Shown piece by piece: positions 31,661-41,485 of a stretch of 64,000 nucleotides of DNA. The DNA comes from Candidatus Adlerbacteria bacterium (GTDB taxonomy: Bacteria > Patescibacteriota > Minisyncoccia > Phycocordibacterales > SBAW01), in contig CAVVLG010000002.1 of the NCBI GenBank assembly GCA_963749085.1, positions 445,863 through 509,862 on the forward strand, read 5' to 3'. The translations under genes and the position numbers were made by a program. Numbering within the stretch: the first letter of the stretch is position 1; every line of letters starts with the position of its first letter. A model generated the notes under the pieces. It saw only the letters and a list, made by a program, of their open reading frames with translations, was not told where the DNA came from and searched no databases.

Positions 31661-32758
31661 TTAAAGTGTCGTTGTCTTAAATTGCGGCGTGGTTGAGCTC
31701 AAAACCGCAGTAAACGAAATGCGACCGATAAGCTGGCCGTCTGCCGTTTCGACGTCACAACGCCACTGCCCTGGCGTCATCACCACGTAGCTATAGCCGC
31801 GATAGCCCCCCGCACGGCCTCCTACGAGCGAAAAGGATACGCGAAAGACGGTGTTCCAGGTTTTTGTCGCATCGTCATACTGTTCCCAACGGTGATAGAT
31901 GGGGGTATCGAAGTTAGGAGGCGCATATACCGCCGAGAAACAGTACGCGGTTTGTCCCTCTCCGTAGGTATAGGTTGTGCTAGTGTCCTGCCAAAATTCG
32001 TACCATGGAGGCGGTTCATACGTGGCGGTGTAATTACCTGCTACGTCGCGAGAAAGCGAGTGGTAGACGCCTATATCCTTAAGCGAGAGCGGTACGGGTG
32101 GAATGATGTTCAAAAAATAAAGGACGTTAAAAAATACAAAGATTGATATAACTATGATGTACGCTTCCCAGAGAAGTCTTCTCTCGCGTTTACCTCGCGA
32201 CACGGCAATACGCAGCATGATGAAAAACGGGATCATCAACACCAGGCTTATACCGCCAGTGATTAAAAAAACTTCCGGACCTATCGCGTGCAATATAAAA
32301 GTTGGGATGGAGATAGTGAGGTAGGAAAAAAGAAGAGTGTAATAGATTGCGATATTGAAGCGCAATTGTGCATAGCGCGATCGCATGTACTCGTTCCCGA
32401 AAACCATGCATAGGAGCAAACCGACGAATATGAGATCGCCTGCTGGCGTACCGCTTTTGCCATAGAGCACCAGTAAATTGCTCGCAAGACCGCCGAAACA
32501 AAATTGCAGTATGAGAAGGAGAGCGAGCGGCTCGACGGGATGACCTCCCACGAGCTCCCGTCTGCTGCGCACATTGAAGAGAATAATTATGGTTCCAGAT
32601 GTCAGAAGATACGTGCATAGAAGAATGTTATCGATGATATTGTTAGGCGTCTTTGCGAGAAATAGATCAAAAATAAAACCCGTACACAACGCGCCCACGC
32701 CGAGCCAATGCTCGTAGCGCTTCCAAAAACTGACCGCGCGGGAGAAAAGCGGTTTCAT
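31661..32758 (-). CDS. multi-TM protein with DUF2914-like C-terminus
   Basis: ~7 TMs followed by YCFSAVYAP...HRW...GGRAGGYRGYS...GQWRCDVET. Confidence 0.75.
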   Translation of the reverse strand: MKPLFSRAVSFWKRYEHWLGVGALCTGFIFDLFLAKTPNNIIDNILLCTYLLTSGTIIILFNVRSRRELVGGHPVEPLALLLILQFCFGGLASNLLVLYGKSGTPAGDLIFVGLLLCMVFGNEYMRSRYAQLRFNIAIYYTLLFSYLTISIPTFILHAIGPEVFLITGGISLVLMIPFFIMLRIAVSRGKRERRLLWEAYIIVISIFVFFNVLYFLNIIPPVPLSLKDIGVYHSLSRDVAGNYTATYEPPPWYEFWQDTSTTYTYGEGQTAYCFSAVYAPPNFDTPIYHRWEQYDDATKTWNTVFRVSFSLVGGRAGGYRGYSYVVMTPGQWRCDVETADGQLIGRISFTAVLSSTTPQFKTTTL

Positions 32759-32776
32759 GACCTTATTGTACAAGCA

Positions 32777-34057
32777 TTATGTGAATGATTCCGGAATGGG
32801 AAAAGCGGCACATAACTTTTTTATTTCCTGATGAATAGCGTCGAGCCTTGCCTCATCAGAGCGATTCTTCAGCGCCTCTATCATAAGCTCGGCGACACGC
32901 TCACATTCTCTTTCCGTAAACCCGCGAGTAGTTATTGCCGGTGTGCCAAAACGGATGCCCGAGGGATCCATCGGCTTTCGGGTATCGTCAGCTATGGCAT
33001 TTTTGTTGAGTGTAATGCCGACGCGATCAAGCACTTCTTCGGCCTCCTTTCCCGCTATCCCAAGCGAGCCAAACACATCAGCCAAAATAAGGTGGTTACT
33101 TGTGCCGCCGGCTATCATGCGCACGTCATGTGCACTGAACACTTTCTCCATTGCTTTCGCGTTCTTGAGAATTTTTGCGGCATACACTTTGAACAAAGGA
33201 TGCAAAGCTTCGCCGAAAGCCACCGCCTTAGCCGCGATGACATGCATCAAGGGACCCCCTTGCAGGCCCGGGAAGACCGCTTTGTCTATTTTTTTCGCGA
33301 TTTCTTCATTGTCACGGGTGAGAATGAGCCCCCCGCGCGGTCCGCGCAGGGTCTTGTGCGTGGTCGAGGTCATCACATCAAATCCGAAATCAAAAGGGTT
33401 TTTGGCTACATGACCGGCAATGAGCCCTGCGATGTGCGCAACGTCTATAACCGAGTATGCGCCGACTTCTTTGGCGATGGAGACGAATTTCGCATAATCA
33501 AGCTCGCGGGAATAGGCAGAAAAGCCGGCCAAAATTATCTTGGGTTTTTCTCTCTTAGCGACCTCCCGCATCTCCTCGTAGTCTATCTCTCCTGTCTCAA
33601 CGTTCTTCATCTTATAGCGAACGAAGTTGAAAAACTTGGTGATATAGGTGACCGGATGGCCATGCGTTAAGTGTCCGCCGTGGCTTAAATCCATACCCAA
33701 CACGGTGTCGTGGGGTTCAAGCAACGCGAAGTACATCGCGATATTGGCGTTCGCTCCAGAGTGCGGCTGTACGTTGGCGAACTGGGCGCCGAATAACTTT
33801 TTCGCGCGGTTTATCGCCAGCACCTCCGCCTCGTCGGTATAGGTCTGACCTCCGTAGTAGCGTCTGCCGGGGTATCCTTCGGAATATTTATTGGTGAGTA
33901 TGGAGCCCTGCGCCTCACGCACAGCTTTCGAAACGTAATTTTCGGAGGGAATGAGTTCCAGTCCTTCGCGTTCTCGAGTCTCCTCACCTTCAAGCGTTTC
34001 AAAAACTTCTGTGTCTTGTTTTTTTATAGATTCGTAGAGATTCATGGCAGTTTCCAT
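32777..34057 (-). CDS. glyA: serine hydroxymethyltransferase
   Basis: LELIPSENY, EGYPGRRYYGG, TTHKTLRGPRGG. Confidence 0.98.
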   Translation of the reverse strand: METAMNLYESIKKQDTEVFETLEGEETREREGLELIPSENYVSKAVREAQGSILTNKYSEGYPGRRYYGGQTYTDEAEVLAINRAKKLFGAQFANVQPHSGANANIAMYFALLEPHDTVLGMDLSHGGHLTHGHPVTYITKFFNFVRYKMKNVETGEIDYEEMREVAKREKPKIILAGFSAYSRELDYAKFVSIAKEVGAYSVIDVAHIAGLIAGHVAKNPFDFGFDVMTSTTHKTLRGPRGGLILTRDNEEIAKKIDKAVFPGLQGGPLMHVIAAKAVAFGEALHPLFKVYAAKILKNAKAMEKVFSAHDVRMIAGGTSNHLILADVFGSLGIAGKEAEEVLDRVGITLNKNAIADDTRKPMDPSGIRFGTPAITTRGFTERECERVAELMIEALKNRSDEARLDAIHQEIKKLCAAFPIPESFT

Positions 34058-34108
34058 TACCTAAATAATCGGCCATGTGAATCGCTAGATCATACTTTTT
34101 AACTCCTA

Positions 34109-35089
34109 CTATACTTTAATTTTCCCACTTGGTTTATTATCGAGACTACGAAAACCGGCGACGGTAAACTCGGCTTTAATCGTATCATGCGGCTCATAGC
34201 CCTCTCGGGTCACATACGCGGGGCGGAAAGTCTCAAGATTTGTAACTACATCATTGATAGAGACTTTAGGAAATGGCTTCGGTTCGCGAGTGAGTTGTTC
34301 TTTAATGGCATCGACATGATCTTCGTAAAAATGTACGTCACCAAAGGTATGTATAAACTCTCCCGCATCCCGTCCAATTATTTTTGCTACCACCAGACAT
34401 AAAAGTGCATAGCTCGCGATATTAAATGGTACCCCAAGAAAAATATCGGCACTACGCTGATAAAGGTGGAGAGAGAGCTTGCCATGTTTGATATTGAATT
34501 GATACATGTTGTGACAAATAGGAAAATGACTAACCTCCTCCGGTTTTGCCATTGAATAGAGATACTCCGGATTCCATGAAGTCACAATCGCGTTATGACA
34601 AGAAGGATCGGTAATGAGCTCGTTTACCGCCCAAGCAAGCTGATCTATACTTCGGCCATCTTTTGCTGGCCAATGTCGCCACATGTCACCATAAATGTTC
34701 GGGAGTGTACCGTGTTCTCTCGAAAATGTGCCGTTAGTCTTTATTTTTTCAATAAATTCTTCCTTAGTCATTTCAGGCCATTCCCCTTGCTTTGCATATT
34801 CCATGTACGTCCGATATGGATAGTCATCCCAAATATGAACGTCGTTATCGACTAAGTATTTGATATTATTCTGCCCAGATAAAAACCAATAGAGTTCATG
34901 CAGTACACCCTTCCAATAAACCCGCTTGGTAGTGAGGAGAGGAAATCCTTCTGAAAGATCAAACCGGATTTGCTTGCCAAAAAGACCGACGGTCGTCTTA
35001 CCATGACCCGCATCAACCTGCTGGTCTCCCTTCTGTAAGAGTTCGCTCATTAAATCCAAATACTGATATTCAGGATGTTTTTTATTCAT
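34109..35089 (-). CDS. thyA: thymidylate synthase
   Basis: FPLLTTK, ELYWFL, PICH, YQRSADIFLGVPFNIASY. Confidence 0.97.
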   Translation of the reverse strand: MNKKHPEYQYLDLMSELLQKGDQQVDAGHGKTTVGLFGKQIRFDLSEGFPLLTTKRVYWKGVLHELYWFLSGQNNIKYLVDNDVHIWDDYPYRTYMEYAKQGEWPEMTKEEFIEKIKTNGTFSREHGTLPNIYGDMWRHWPAKDGRSIDQLAWAVNELITDPSCHNAIVTSWNPEYLYSMAKPEEVSHFPICHNMYQFNIKHGKLSLHLYQRSADIFLGVPFNIASYALLCLVVAKIIGRDAGEFIHTFGDVHFYEDHVDAIKEQLTREPKPFPKVSINDVVTNLETFRPAYVTREGYEPHDTIKAEFTVAGFRSLDNKPSGKIKV

Positions 35090-35095
35090 ATGTCT

Positions 35096-35656
35096 CTATC
35101 GCTTGGCGATTTTACGGCGCTTCGCGGGAATGATGCTTTTGAAATTATCTTTGGAATAACGGCCGACTTCCTTGTAGTTTTGTCGTGGCGAACTCGAAAG
35201 TCTTGAGAACGTAAGCTGCGCAATTGCCATATTGGGTCGCAAGAGAATTGGCACGGAATTGAGATTACATAGCTCAAGTGCTACATTTAGAAAATGTCCG
35301 GGATTGATGAGGGCGGCCGAGTTATGCACGAGAAGACCTATGCGCGCGAGTGAACTCTTTCCATTGACCTCAATAAGGTGCGTGTCGGAGCCAAAATAAT
35401 CCTTTGAATAACCGAGAATGGAGACGCCAGGGTGAAGCACAAACACGTCGTCTTCGCTGATCGTTATCTCGTTCATCTTCGGATAAATCTTTTTGACCGG
35501 ATCGATGAAAGTGGAGGAGTGCGCATCAGTGACAAAGAAGGTGTTGCCGAGCAAAATATCGTAGCTCGCGGGCTGTAGGCGCGACTCATCGAAAGGACGA
35601 AGGACTATCTCCCCTTTCTCAACCGCTTTTTTTATATCAACATCAGAGAGAAACAT
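35096..35656 (-). CDS. dcd: dCTP deaminase
   Basis: LSDVDI, QPASYD, GKSSLARIGL, TLELxN-like ALELCN. Confidence 0.92.
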   Translation of the reverse strand: MFLSDVDIKKAVEKGEIVLRPFDESRLQPASYDILLGNTFFVTDAHSSTFIDPVKKIYPKMNEITISEDDVFVLHPGVSILGYSKDYFGSDTHLIEVNGKSSLARIGLLVHNSAALINPGHFLNVALELCNLNSVPILLRPNMAIAQLTFSRLSSSPRQNYKEVGRYSKDNFKSIIPAKRRKIAKR

Positions 35657-35662
35657 ACGTAT

Positions 35663-36334
35663 TCAAGCGACTGTAAACATTTTGTCGGTTCCATAATATT
35701 CGCTCCAGTGCGCATTGTAAAACGCAAACATCCGCTCCAATCTGTCCTGCTGAAGCTCTTGTACCCCGCATTGCTCCATAAGCGCGCGGATGTCTTGGCG
35801 CGCATTCTCAACTTGCGTTTCGTCCGATACTACCTTCTCGAATTCAGCGAGCCAGCCGTAGCCTGCGTTGCGGTCAAGGCAGATTGAAATGCCACTGCAC
35901 AGATACTCTTCGCGCTCGCGCGACCACTTGGCTTGGTATTGAAAGCCGGAGGAGATAAGAAGCTGGTCGAGATCATCGAGCGATAGATCGACTTCCTCCT
36001 CAAATTCCATGCGCGCAACACCATTGGCGCTGGTATCGTCGCCTACGGACGCTTTCATCACCAAAAGCACGCTGCTGTCTTTATCGCGGGTACGAATGGA
36101 AAATTCTTTGCCCTGGGCAACCATATCCTGGAATTTCTTGAGTGCTTGAGGTGAGAGGTGCGGCGCAATCAGTCCTTTAAGTTTGGAGAAATCGCCGCCG
36201 GTAAAATAGTGATTGAGCTGTTTGTTGCGGGAAGTGAGCTTAGAGTTCGAGTCAACTTGTTTCATTCGCTCGCGCAGATTTTGAGCACTTTCTTCGCTTC
36301 CCAAGAGCGACTTTACTTCGACTTCGTATTGCAT
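35663..36334 (-). CDS. CYTH-domain protein
   Basis: N-terminal EVEVK (ExExK), R.R, RMEFE, LD..GYG..AEFE. Confidence 0.8.
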   Translation of the reverse strand: MQYEVEVKSLLGSEESAQNLRERMKQVDSNSKLTSRNKQLNHYFTGGDFSKLKGLIAPHLSPQALKKFQDMVAQGKEFSIRTRDKDSSVLLVMKASVGDDTSANGVARMEFEEEVDLSLDDLDQLLISSGFQYQAKWSREREEYLCSGISICLDRNAGYGWLAEFEKVVSDETQVENARQDIRALMEQCGVQELQQDRLERMFAFYNAHWSEYYGTDKMFTVA

Positions 36335-36415
36335 CGCTTTATACTACCGCAGATGATAATCCCCATTCTATCCACATGATATCTACAGTATGAGATACTA
36401 CAAATGTAAAACTAC

Positions 36416-36931
36416 ATGCCAAAAAAACCTCGTATTAGCATAGTCGTTGCCATGGGCCGAGACCGCAAACACAATCGAGTCATCGGCAAGACTAACGAGC
36501 TTTTGTGGCCCATACCCGATGATTTGAGGCGGTTTAAGCAATTGACCCTTGGGCATCCTGTCATTATGGGGCGCAAGACTTTCCAATCTATCGTTGGAAG
36601 GCTTGGCAAACCTCTTCCTGACCGGACGAATGTGGTCATAAGCCGGGACAAACACTGGTCGCATAAAGGAGCGCTTATTGCCCATTCGCTTGAAGAAGCA
36701 ATAAAAAAAGCGAGCGATATTGATAGTGAGGAGATATTCATCGGTGGGGGCTCACAAATTTATGAGCAGGCGCTCCCTCTTGTTGATCGTTTATATCTCA
36801 CGCTCATCGACGACGAAAAAGAAGGGGATTCCTACTTTCCTCCGTATGAATCCCTCTTTACCAGGATGATCCGTCACGAGCACCGCGAGCACGAAGGGCT
36901 GCGCTACACATGGGTGGATTTTGAAAGGTAA
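36416..36931 (+). CDS. folA: dihydrofolate reductase
   Basis: VIG..N.LLW..PDDLRRFK, VIMGRKT, IGGGSQIY, EGDSYFP. Confidence 0.96.
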   Translation: MPKKPRISIVVAMGRDRKHNRVIGKTNELLWPIPDDLRRFKQLTLGHPVIMGRKTFQSIVGRLGKPLPDRTNVVISRDKHWSHKGALIAHSLEEAIKKASDIDSEEIFIGGGSQIYEQALPLVDRLYLTLIDDEKEGDSYFPPYESLFTRMIRHEHREHEGLRYTWVDFER

Positions 36932-37279
36932 TCAATGAGTGCGGAGAATAGTGATACCAGGAACGCCGTTATCCCAGACTTCTGCCTTTTTGATAGTTAT
37001 TTCTGCAGACGTAATTCTTTTGTCTTCGAGAATTTTCTGCGCGATATCTTCTGCCAACGTCTCTATGAGATAGCGGCTTGATCCTTCAATAACCTGCTGA
37101 ATTTTATCCTTCACCTCCGCATAATCCACCGTGTCGGCAAGCTTATTGCTTTTGCCGGCTCGGGAAAGGTCAACGCCAAGTCGCACCTCAATTGAAAATT
37201 CCTGTTCCACCTTGCGCTCAGCGGCGTAGGCTCCATGTTTGCCCTTGAAAAACAGGCTGTCGATGTGTATGTAATCCAT
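36932..37279 (-). CDS. folB: dihydroneopterin aldolase
   Basis: GKHG...ER...Q.F, DTVDY, LIETLAE. Confidence 0.92.
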   Translation of the reverse strand: MDYIHIDSLFFKGKHGAYAAERKVEQEFSIEVRLGVDLSRAGKSNKLADTVDYAEVKDKIQQVIEGSSRYLIETLAEDIAQKILEDKRITSAEITIKKAEVWDNGVPGITILRTH

Positions 37280-37314
37280 AACAATTTAAAAACCCCGCTT
37301 TCGCGGGAGTTCCT

Positions 37315-37737
37315 TTATTTAACGTCCACGCCCATGCTCCGTGCCGAGCCAGCGACGATTTTCATCGCCTCGTCTATCGTGTGCGCATTGAGGTCCGGCA
37401 TCTTCTTTTCGGCAATTTCCCTCAACTGCGCTTTAGAGAGAACTCCGATTTTACTGGTGTTGGGCTTACCGCTTCCTTTCTCCTTGCCAAGGGTTTTGAG
37501 AATCAGGGAGGAGGCCGGGGGAGTTTTGAGGATGAAAGAGTAGGAGCGGTCTTCGTACACTGAAATTTCAGCGGGCACCATGTCGCCGCGCATGTCTTTG
37601 CTCGCGTCGTTGAACTTCTTGAGAAACTCGCCAATGTTGATGCCGGCGGGGCCCAGCACCTGGCCCATAGCAGGAGTCATCGCGGCCGCGCCGCCGTTGG
37701 CGATTATCTTTATTTTTTTTACTATCTTTTTTGCCAT
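37315..37737 (-). CDS. rplK: 50S ribosomal protein uL11
   Basis: LGPAGINIGEF, KTPPAS, KMPDLNA, GSARSMG. Confidence 0.97.
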   Translation of the reverse strand: MAKKIVKKIKIIANGGAAAMTPAMGQVLGPAGINIGEFLKKFNDASKDMRGDMVPAEISVYEDRSYSFILKTPPASSLILKTLGKEKGSGKPNTSKIGVLSKAQLREIAEKKMPDLNAHTIDEAMKIVAGSARSMGVDVK

Positions 37738-37774
37738 AGAGATTGAGGAGAATACCGCAATTTGTATATTTTTG

Positions 37775-38326
37775 CTAGATGCGCTTCACCTGGAGAAAGT
37801 CGAGTTCGACGGGAGTCTCGCGGCCGAACATGGCCACCAGGACCTTCACCTTGCCGCGACTTTCATCGACTTCGCCGATTTTGCCGTCGAGTTCTTTGAA
37901 GGGCCCATCTACAATGACTACCGAATCGCCTATGGAGAGATCTATCGCATGTTTGACGATACCCTCAGTTGCCTGCATGCGGCCAAGCAGCGTGTCAACT
38001 TCGTGCTGCTGAAGCGGCACTGGGTTGACGCCGGAGCCAACGAATCCGGTGACTCGCGGCGTATTGCGCACCACAAACCATGACTGATCGTCGACTACCA
38101 TATCAACGAGCACATAGCCCGGATAAACTTTTTCCTCCTCCTCCACACGACGGCCGCCTTTTATCTTGACGGTACGCTCCGTCGGCACTACCACGTTGAA
38201 TATTTTGTCGCCGAGACCGAGCGACTCAATGCGCTGCTTTAAATTGCGCGCGACCGCGTTCTCGTATCCCGCATAGGTATGTATGGCGTACCAGGCCCGT
38301 CCGACGCTTGTGTCTTGTTTTGCCAT
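37775..38326 (-). CDS. nusG: transcription factor NusG
   Basis: WYAIHTYAGYE, PGYVLV, VRNTPRVTGFVG, FGRETPVEL. Confidence 0.98.
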   Translation of the reverse strand: MAKQDTSVGRAWYAIHTYAGYENAVARNLKQRIESLGLGDKIFNVVVPTERTVKIKGGRRVEEEEKVYPGYVLVDMVVDDQSWFVVRNTPRVTGFVGSGVNPVPLQQHEVDTLLGRMQATEGIVKHAIDLSIGDSVVIVDGPFKELDGKIGEVDESRGKVKVLVAMFGRETPVELDFLQVKRI

Positions 38327-38330
38327 ACTA

Positions 38331-38501
38331 TTAGATAATTTTTTGAATAAGTGCCGAGAGTATGTAGTCCCACGCTCCGAGATAGATAGCGGTCGCGAGC
38401 GAGACTGCCACCACGACAATGGTATAGATAATAGTCTGCTGGCGTGTGGGCCAGGACACATGCTTCATCTCCGCCCGCACTTCTTTAAAATAGTTCCACA
38501 T
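38331..38501 (-). CDS. secE: preprotein translocase SecE
   Basis: EVRAEMKHVSWPTR plus a TM, upstream of nusG. Confidence 0.93.
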   Translation of the reverse strand: MWNYFKEVRAEMKHVSWPTRQQTIIYTIVVVAVSLATAIYLGAWDYILSALIQKII

Positions 38502-38582
38502 ACTATATGGTAATTTTGGCAATTTTAAAAGCCCTCGCGGGCCGTCGTTGAGCATCTTATCTTACCGTTGGTAGAAAGTCAA

Positions 38583-39401
38583 CTACTTAATTTCGTACGT
38601 AATGGTCACATCGTCAGTGACTGTATTTTGACCAGCGGAGATGGTGGGCGCTGCAGGAGCACTAGAGATACTTGCACCCGAGGCCGTGGCATAGAGCGGC
38701 AGGGGCTCTATACCGCCGGTGTTTTCGTTGAAGGAGACCACCTGCACCAGCGAGACTCCGAGTTCGCTTGCGAGCACCTGCGCTTTTTGTTTTGCGTCGG
38801 CAATCGCCATGGCACGCGCCTGATCCTGAGGCGCATTCGGATCGGCAAAGGTAAAGGTAAGCCCGCTCACTTGGGTAGCGCCATTGCTGCCCACACCTGA
38901 AAGTAGCGCCCCCGCCTTGGAAGTGTCTTCCACCTTGACTGTGGTCGTTTGACTTACTTCATATCCGGTAAGCATCTGTTTACCCGATGGACACGGGTAC
39001 GGAGCGCCGCTACTCGTTTCTAGCATGGGACATGCTTGCTGGTACTCATACTGCGGCTCTATGGAATAATCGGTCGTTTGAATATCAGCGGCACTTATTC
39101 CCTGGCCCGTGAGGTAGTTGGTTATCGTGTTTATTTCTGCCGTTGCCTTTGCTTGCGCACCAGCGACAGTTGCATTATCGGCTACCACACTAAAAGTGAA
39201 GGTAGCAATATTAGGTACCGCGAGCACTTGTCCGTGGCCGGTAACTTCTATGGTATTCGCCGCCGCAACACCGGTGCCGATGTACCGTAGCCCCTCAAGA
39301 CCCGAGACAACCTGGACTGCCAGAAACGCAACGAGAAGCCATAGTGCCACGACAGCCGCACAACGCATCTGCCTATTCTCCGGTCCTTCAAGAAAAGCCA
39401 T
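38583..39401 (-). CDS. SIMPL (DUF541) domain protein
   Basis: IEVTGHG...PNIA, DIQT, AIADAKQKAQ.LA..LGVSL. Confidence 0.88.
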   Translation of the reverse strand: MAFLEGPENRQMRCAAVVALWLLVAFLAVQVVSGLEGLRYIGTGVAAANTIEVTGHGQVLAVPNIATFTFSVVADNATVAGAQAKATAEINTITNYLTGQGISAADIQTTDYSIEPQYEYQQACPMLETSSGAPYPCPSGKQMLTGYEVSQTTTVKVEDTSKAGALLSGVGSNGATQVSGLTFTFADPNAPQDQARAMAIADAKQKAQVLASELGVSLVQVVSFNENTGGIEPLPLYATASGASISSAPAAPTISAGQNTVTDDVTITYEIK

Positions 39402-39432
39402 GGGTATATTGTATTACAATCTAGACAAATGC

Positions 39433-40140
39433 CTATTGTCCGCTCTGCGCCTGGCTTATGATGGCCTCTATCTGTGCCTCAGGCAGAGCGCCGGCAATGG
39501 GATATTGCTTGCCGGTTTTGGTGTTTACGATGACGGTAAAGGGCGTGCCGGTTCCCCCGCTGGTTTCAGCATCAGCTATCTGCTGCTCGATTTTTGTTTG
39601 ATAGGTGCTCGCGGAGACGCACGCATTATATTCGGTCATATTGACACCTAATTTTTGCGCCTCTGCGCTATAAAAAGCGGAGCCGATGTCGCTTTGGTTG
39701 GCAAAATCATCGTCAGCAAATTGCCACCAGCCGGCGTTGCCTAGCTGCGCCGCGATGCACTCGGCGGCGTTTGCCGCGGGCAGTGCTTGTGGATGGATTT
39801 GATAGAGCGGGAAGTTGCGCATCACCCATGCTATTTGCCCGTTACTTTTGGCAACAATGTCTTTGAGTTCAGGGTAAATAAGTTGGCAAAAGGGGCATTC
39901 AAAGTCGGAGTACTCGACGATGACGATAGGAGCGGTTGGAGAGCCCGTGATGTGATCGCTTAAGGAAGGCGCGGGTACGTTAGCGCTCGCAGTGGTACTT
40001 CCTGCCGCTGCAAGGGCCGCAGGCTGTGCGGCGGGATAACGGTTCACAAAGACAATAGCGCCAGCGATAAGGACACCAGCGATAAGGATGGAGACCGAAG
40101 GCGTAAGTTCTATCTTAAAAGGTATTTTTTCCTCGGACAT
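39433..40140 (-). CDS. DsbA/thioredoxin family protein
   Basis: EYSDFECPFC, NFPL...HP, GTP. Confidence 0.9.
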   Translation of the reverse strand: MSEEKIPFKIELTPSVSILIAGVLIAGAIVFVNRYPAAQPAALAAAGSTTASANVPAPSLSDHITGSPTAPIVIVEYSDFECPFCQLIYPELKDIVAKSNGQIAWVMRNFPLYQIHPQALPAANAAECIAAQLGNAGWWQFADDDFANQSDIGSAFYSAEAQKLGVNMTEYNACVSASTYQTKIEQQIADAETSGGTGTPFTVIVNTKTGKQYPIAGALPEAQIEAIISQAQSGQ

Positions 40141-40210
40141 AGCTGAAGAGTACCATGCAGGTGCTCAAAAAAGGAAGGGCTCCATACGTTCGAGCACGCA
40201 TCCCACTAGC

Positions 40211-40588
40211 TTAAGACTTTCTTCCTTTCAAGAGATCGCGGATTTCTTCAAGGAGGCGCTCTTCGGCGGCTTGCACGGGGGTTGCGGGGGGACCCTTGAA
40301 GCGCTCCATGAGTTTGTTAACCGGAAGGACGACGAAGAAATAGATGGTGACCGAAACAATTAAAAATGCAATGAACGCATTGAAAAAATCGCCATACAGA
40401 AACTGACTCCCGTTGATAGTAAAGGTGAGCGCCGAAAAATTGGGCTGCTTTATCAGCGCAGCAATAAACGGCGTCATTAGATCCTTAACTAATGAGGTGA
40501 CCACCGTCCCAAATGCCGCACCGACCATCACGCCGACCGCTAGGTCGACAACATTGCCTCGCAAAATGAAATCTCTAAACCCTTTCAT
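40211..40588 (-). CDS. mscL: large-conductance mechanosensitive channel
   Basis: RGNVVDLAVG, LLEEIRDLL. Confidence 0.97.
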   Translation of the reverse strand: MKGFRDFILRGNVVDLAVGVMVGAAFGTVVTSLVKDLMTPFIAALIKQPNFSALTFTINGSQFLYGDFFNAFIAFLIVSVTIYFFVVLPVNKLMERFKGPPATPVQAAEERLLEEIRDLLKGRKS

Positions 40589-40662
40589 ACACGTACTGTA
40601 CGTCCTGTTATACAATTTTTCAACTTCTAATCTTCCTATGTAGATAGGTTACTCTTTTTCGT

Positions 40663-40788
40663 ATGCAGATAAAAGATAAGGTGGCGGTGGTAACGGGTGC
40701 ATCCGGAGGTATAGGACTGGCGATGGCACGGGAACTGGCAAAGCGTGGCGCACAACTAGAGTCTGAGGTTGCGGAAGCACACATGTAA
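40663..40788 (+). pseudogene. truncated SDR oxidoreductase N-terminus
   Basis: MQIKDKVAVVTGASGGIGLAMARELAKRGA then loss of similarity and stop. Confidence 0.75.
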
Positions 40789-40960
40789 AGCGGGGCGGCG
40801 TAACGGAGGTGGTATCTCCCACCTTCATTGACATCTCATACTGCTTTGTATATTATTCAACTATATGGTTGAACATAATGCCAAATTATCCTATCAGATC
40901 CTGAGTACATGGCGGGGATTAAAGAGAAGTTGACACTTATTACCACCCTTTCAAATACAG

Positions 40961-40986
40961 AAGCCGCCCATTAAAGAGCGGCTTTT
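40961..40986. terminator. terminator downstream of the peptide ORF
   Basis: AAGCCGCCC-ATTAAA-GAGCGGCTTTT hairpin. Confidence 0.6.
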
Positions 40987-41068
40987 AGTTTGCGCGTTCT
41001 GTTCCGAGGTGCGCTAACCCGGGTGGTTCGTAACGACCTTGCGGTCTCCCACCAGACGCCGAAGGGGC

Positions 41069-41257
41069 TTAGCCCTTCTTCGGCGGACGGGGCTTGGTAG
41101 CGCCCGTCGAGCCAGTGTTTGCACCGGCCATGTTTCTCACCTCCTTTCTGGGTTGAGTTGCGGAATCCTTGGGACGGCGTGGTGTGGTTGCACCTGCCGA
41201 ACCTGTATTTGCTCCAGTGGCATGGGCGCCAACAGAGCCCGTGTTCGCTCCAGACAT
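41069..41257 (-). CDS. putative RiPP precursor with three GANTGSxGA repeats (internal second start at 41131)
   Basis: MSGANTGSVGAHATGANTGSAGATTPRRPKDSATQPRKEVRNMAGANTGSTGATKPRPPKKG*; GAAAGGA before 41257 and AAAGGAGGTGA before 41131. Confidence 0.65.
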   Translation of the reverse strand: MSGANTGSVGAHATGANTGSAGATTPRRPKDSATQPRKEVRNMAGANTGSTGATKPRPPKKG

Positions 41258-41485
41258 GAGGTTTCCTTTCACAAAGATCTTCACACAAGGGACTCCCAAA
41301 CCGTTCTAGGAATCCCATAGTGTGCCGGAAAGAAGTTCCGGCGGCTTGTCACTTTTATATTCCGTCCGACAAACCAAACGGAGATAGATTTTGTTTTTAT
41401 TTCTGTTGCCAAGTTGGATATCAGCCAACTCCGAATCCGCAGCTGTGTCCTGTCACTTCCGCATATCGCGTTGTGATCTTTAGGA

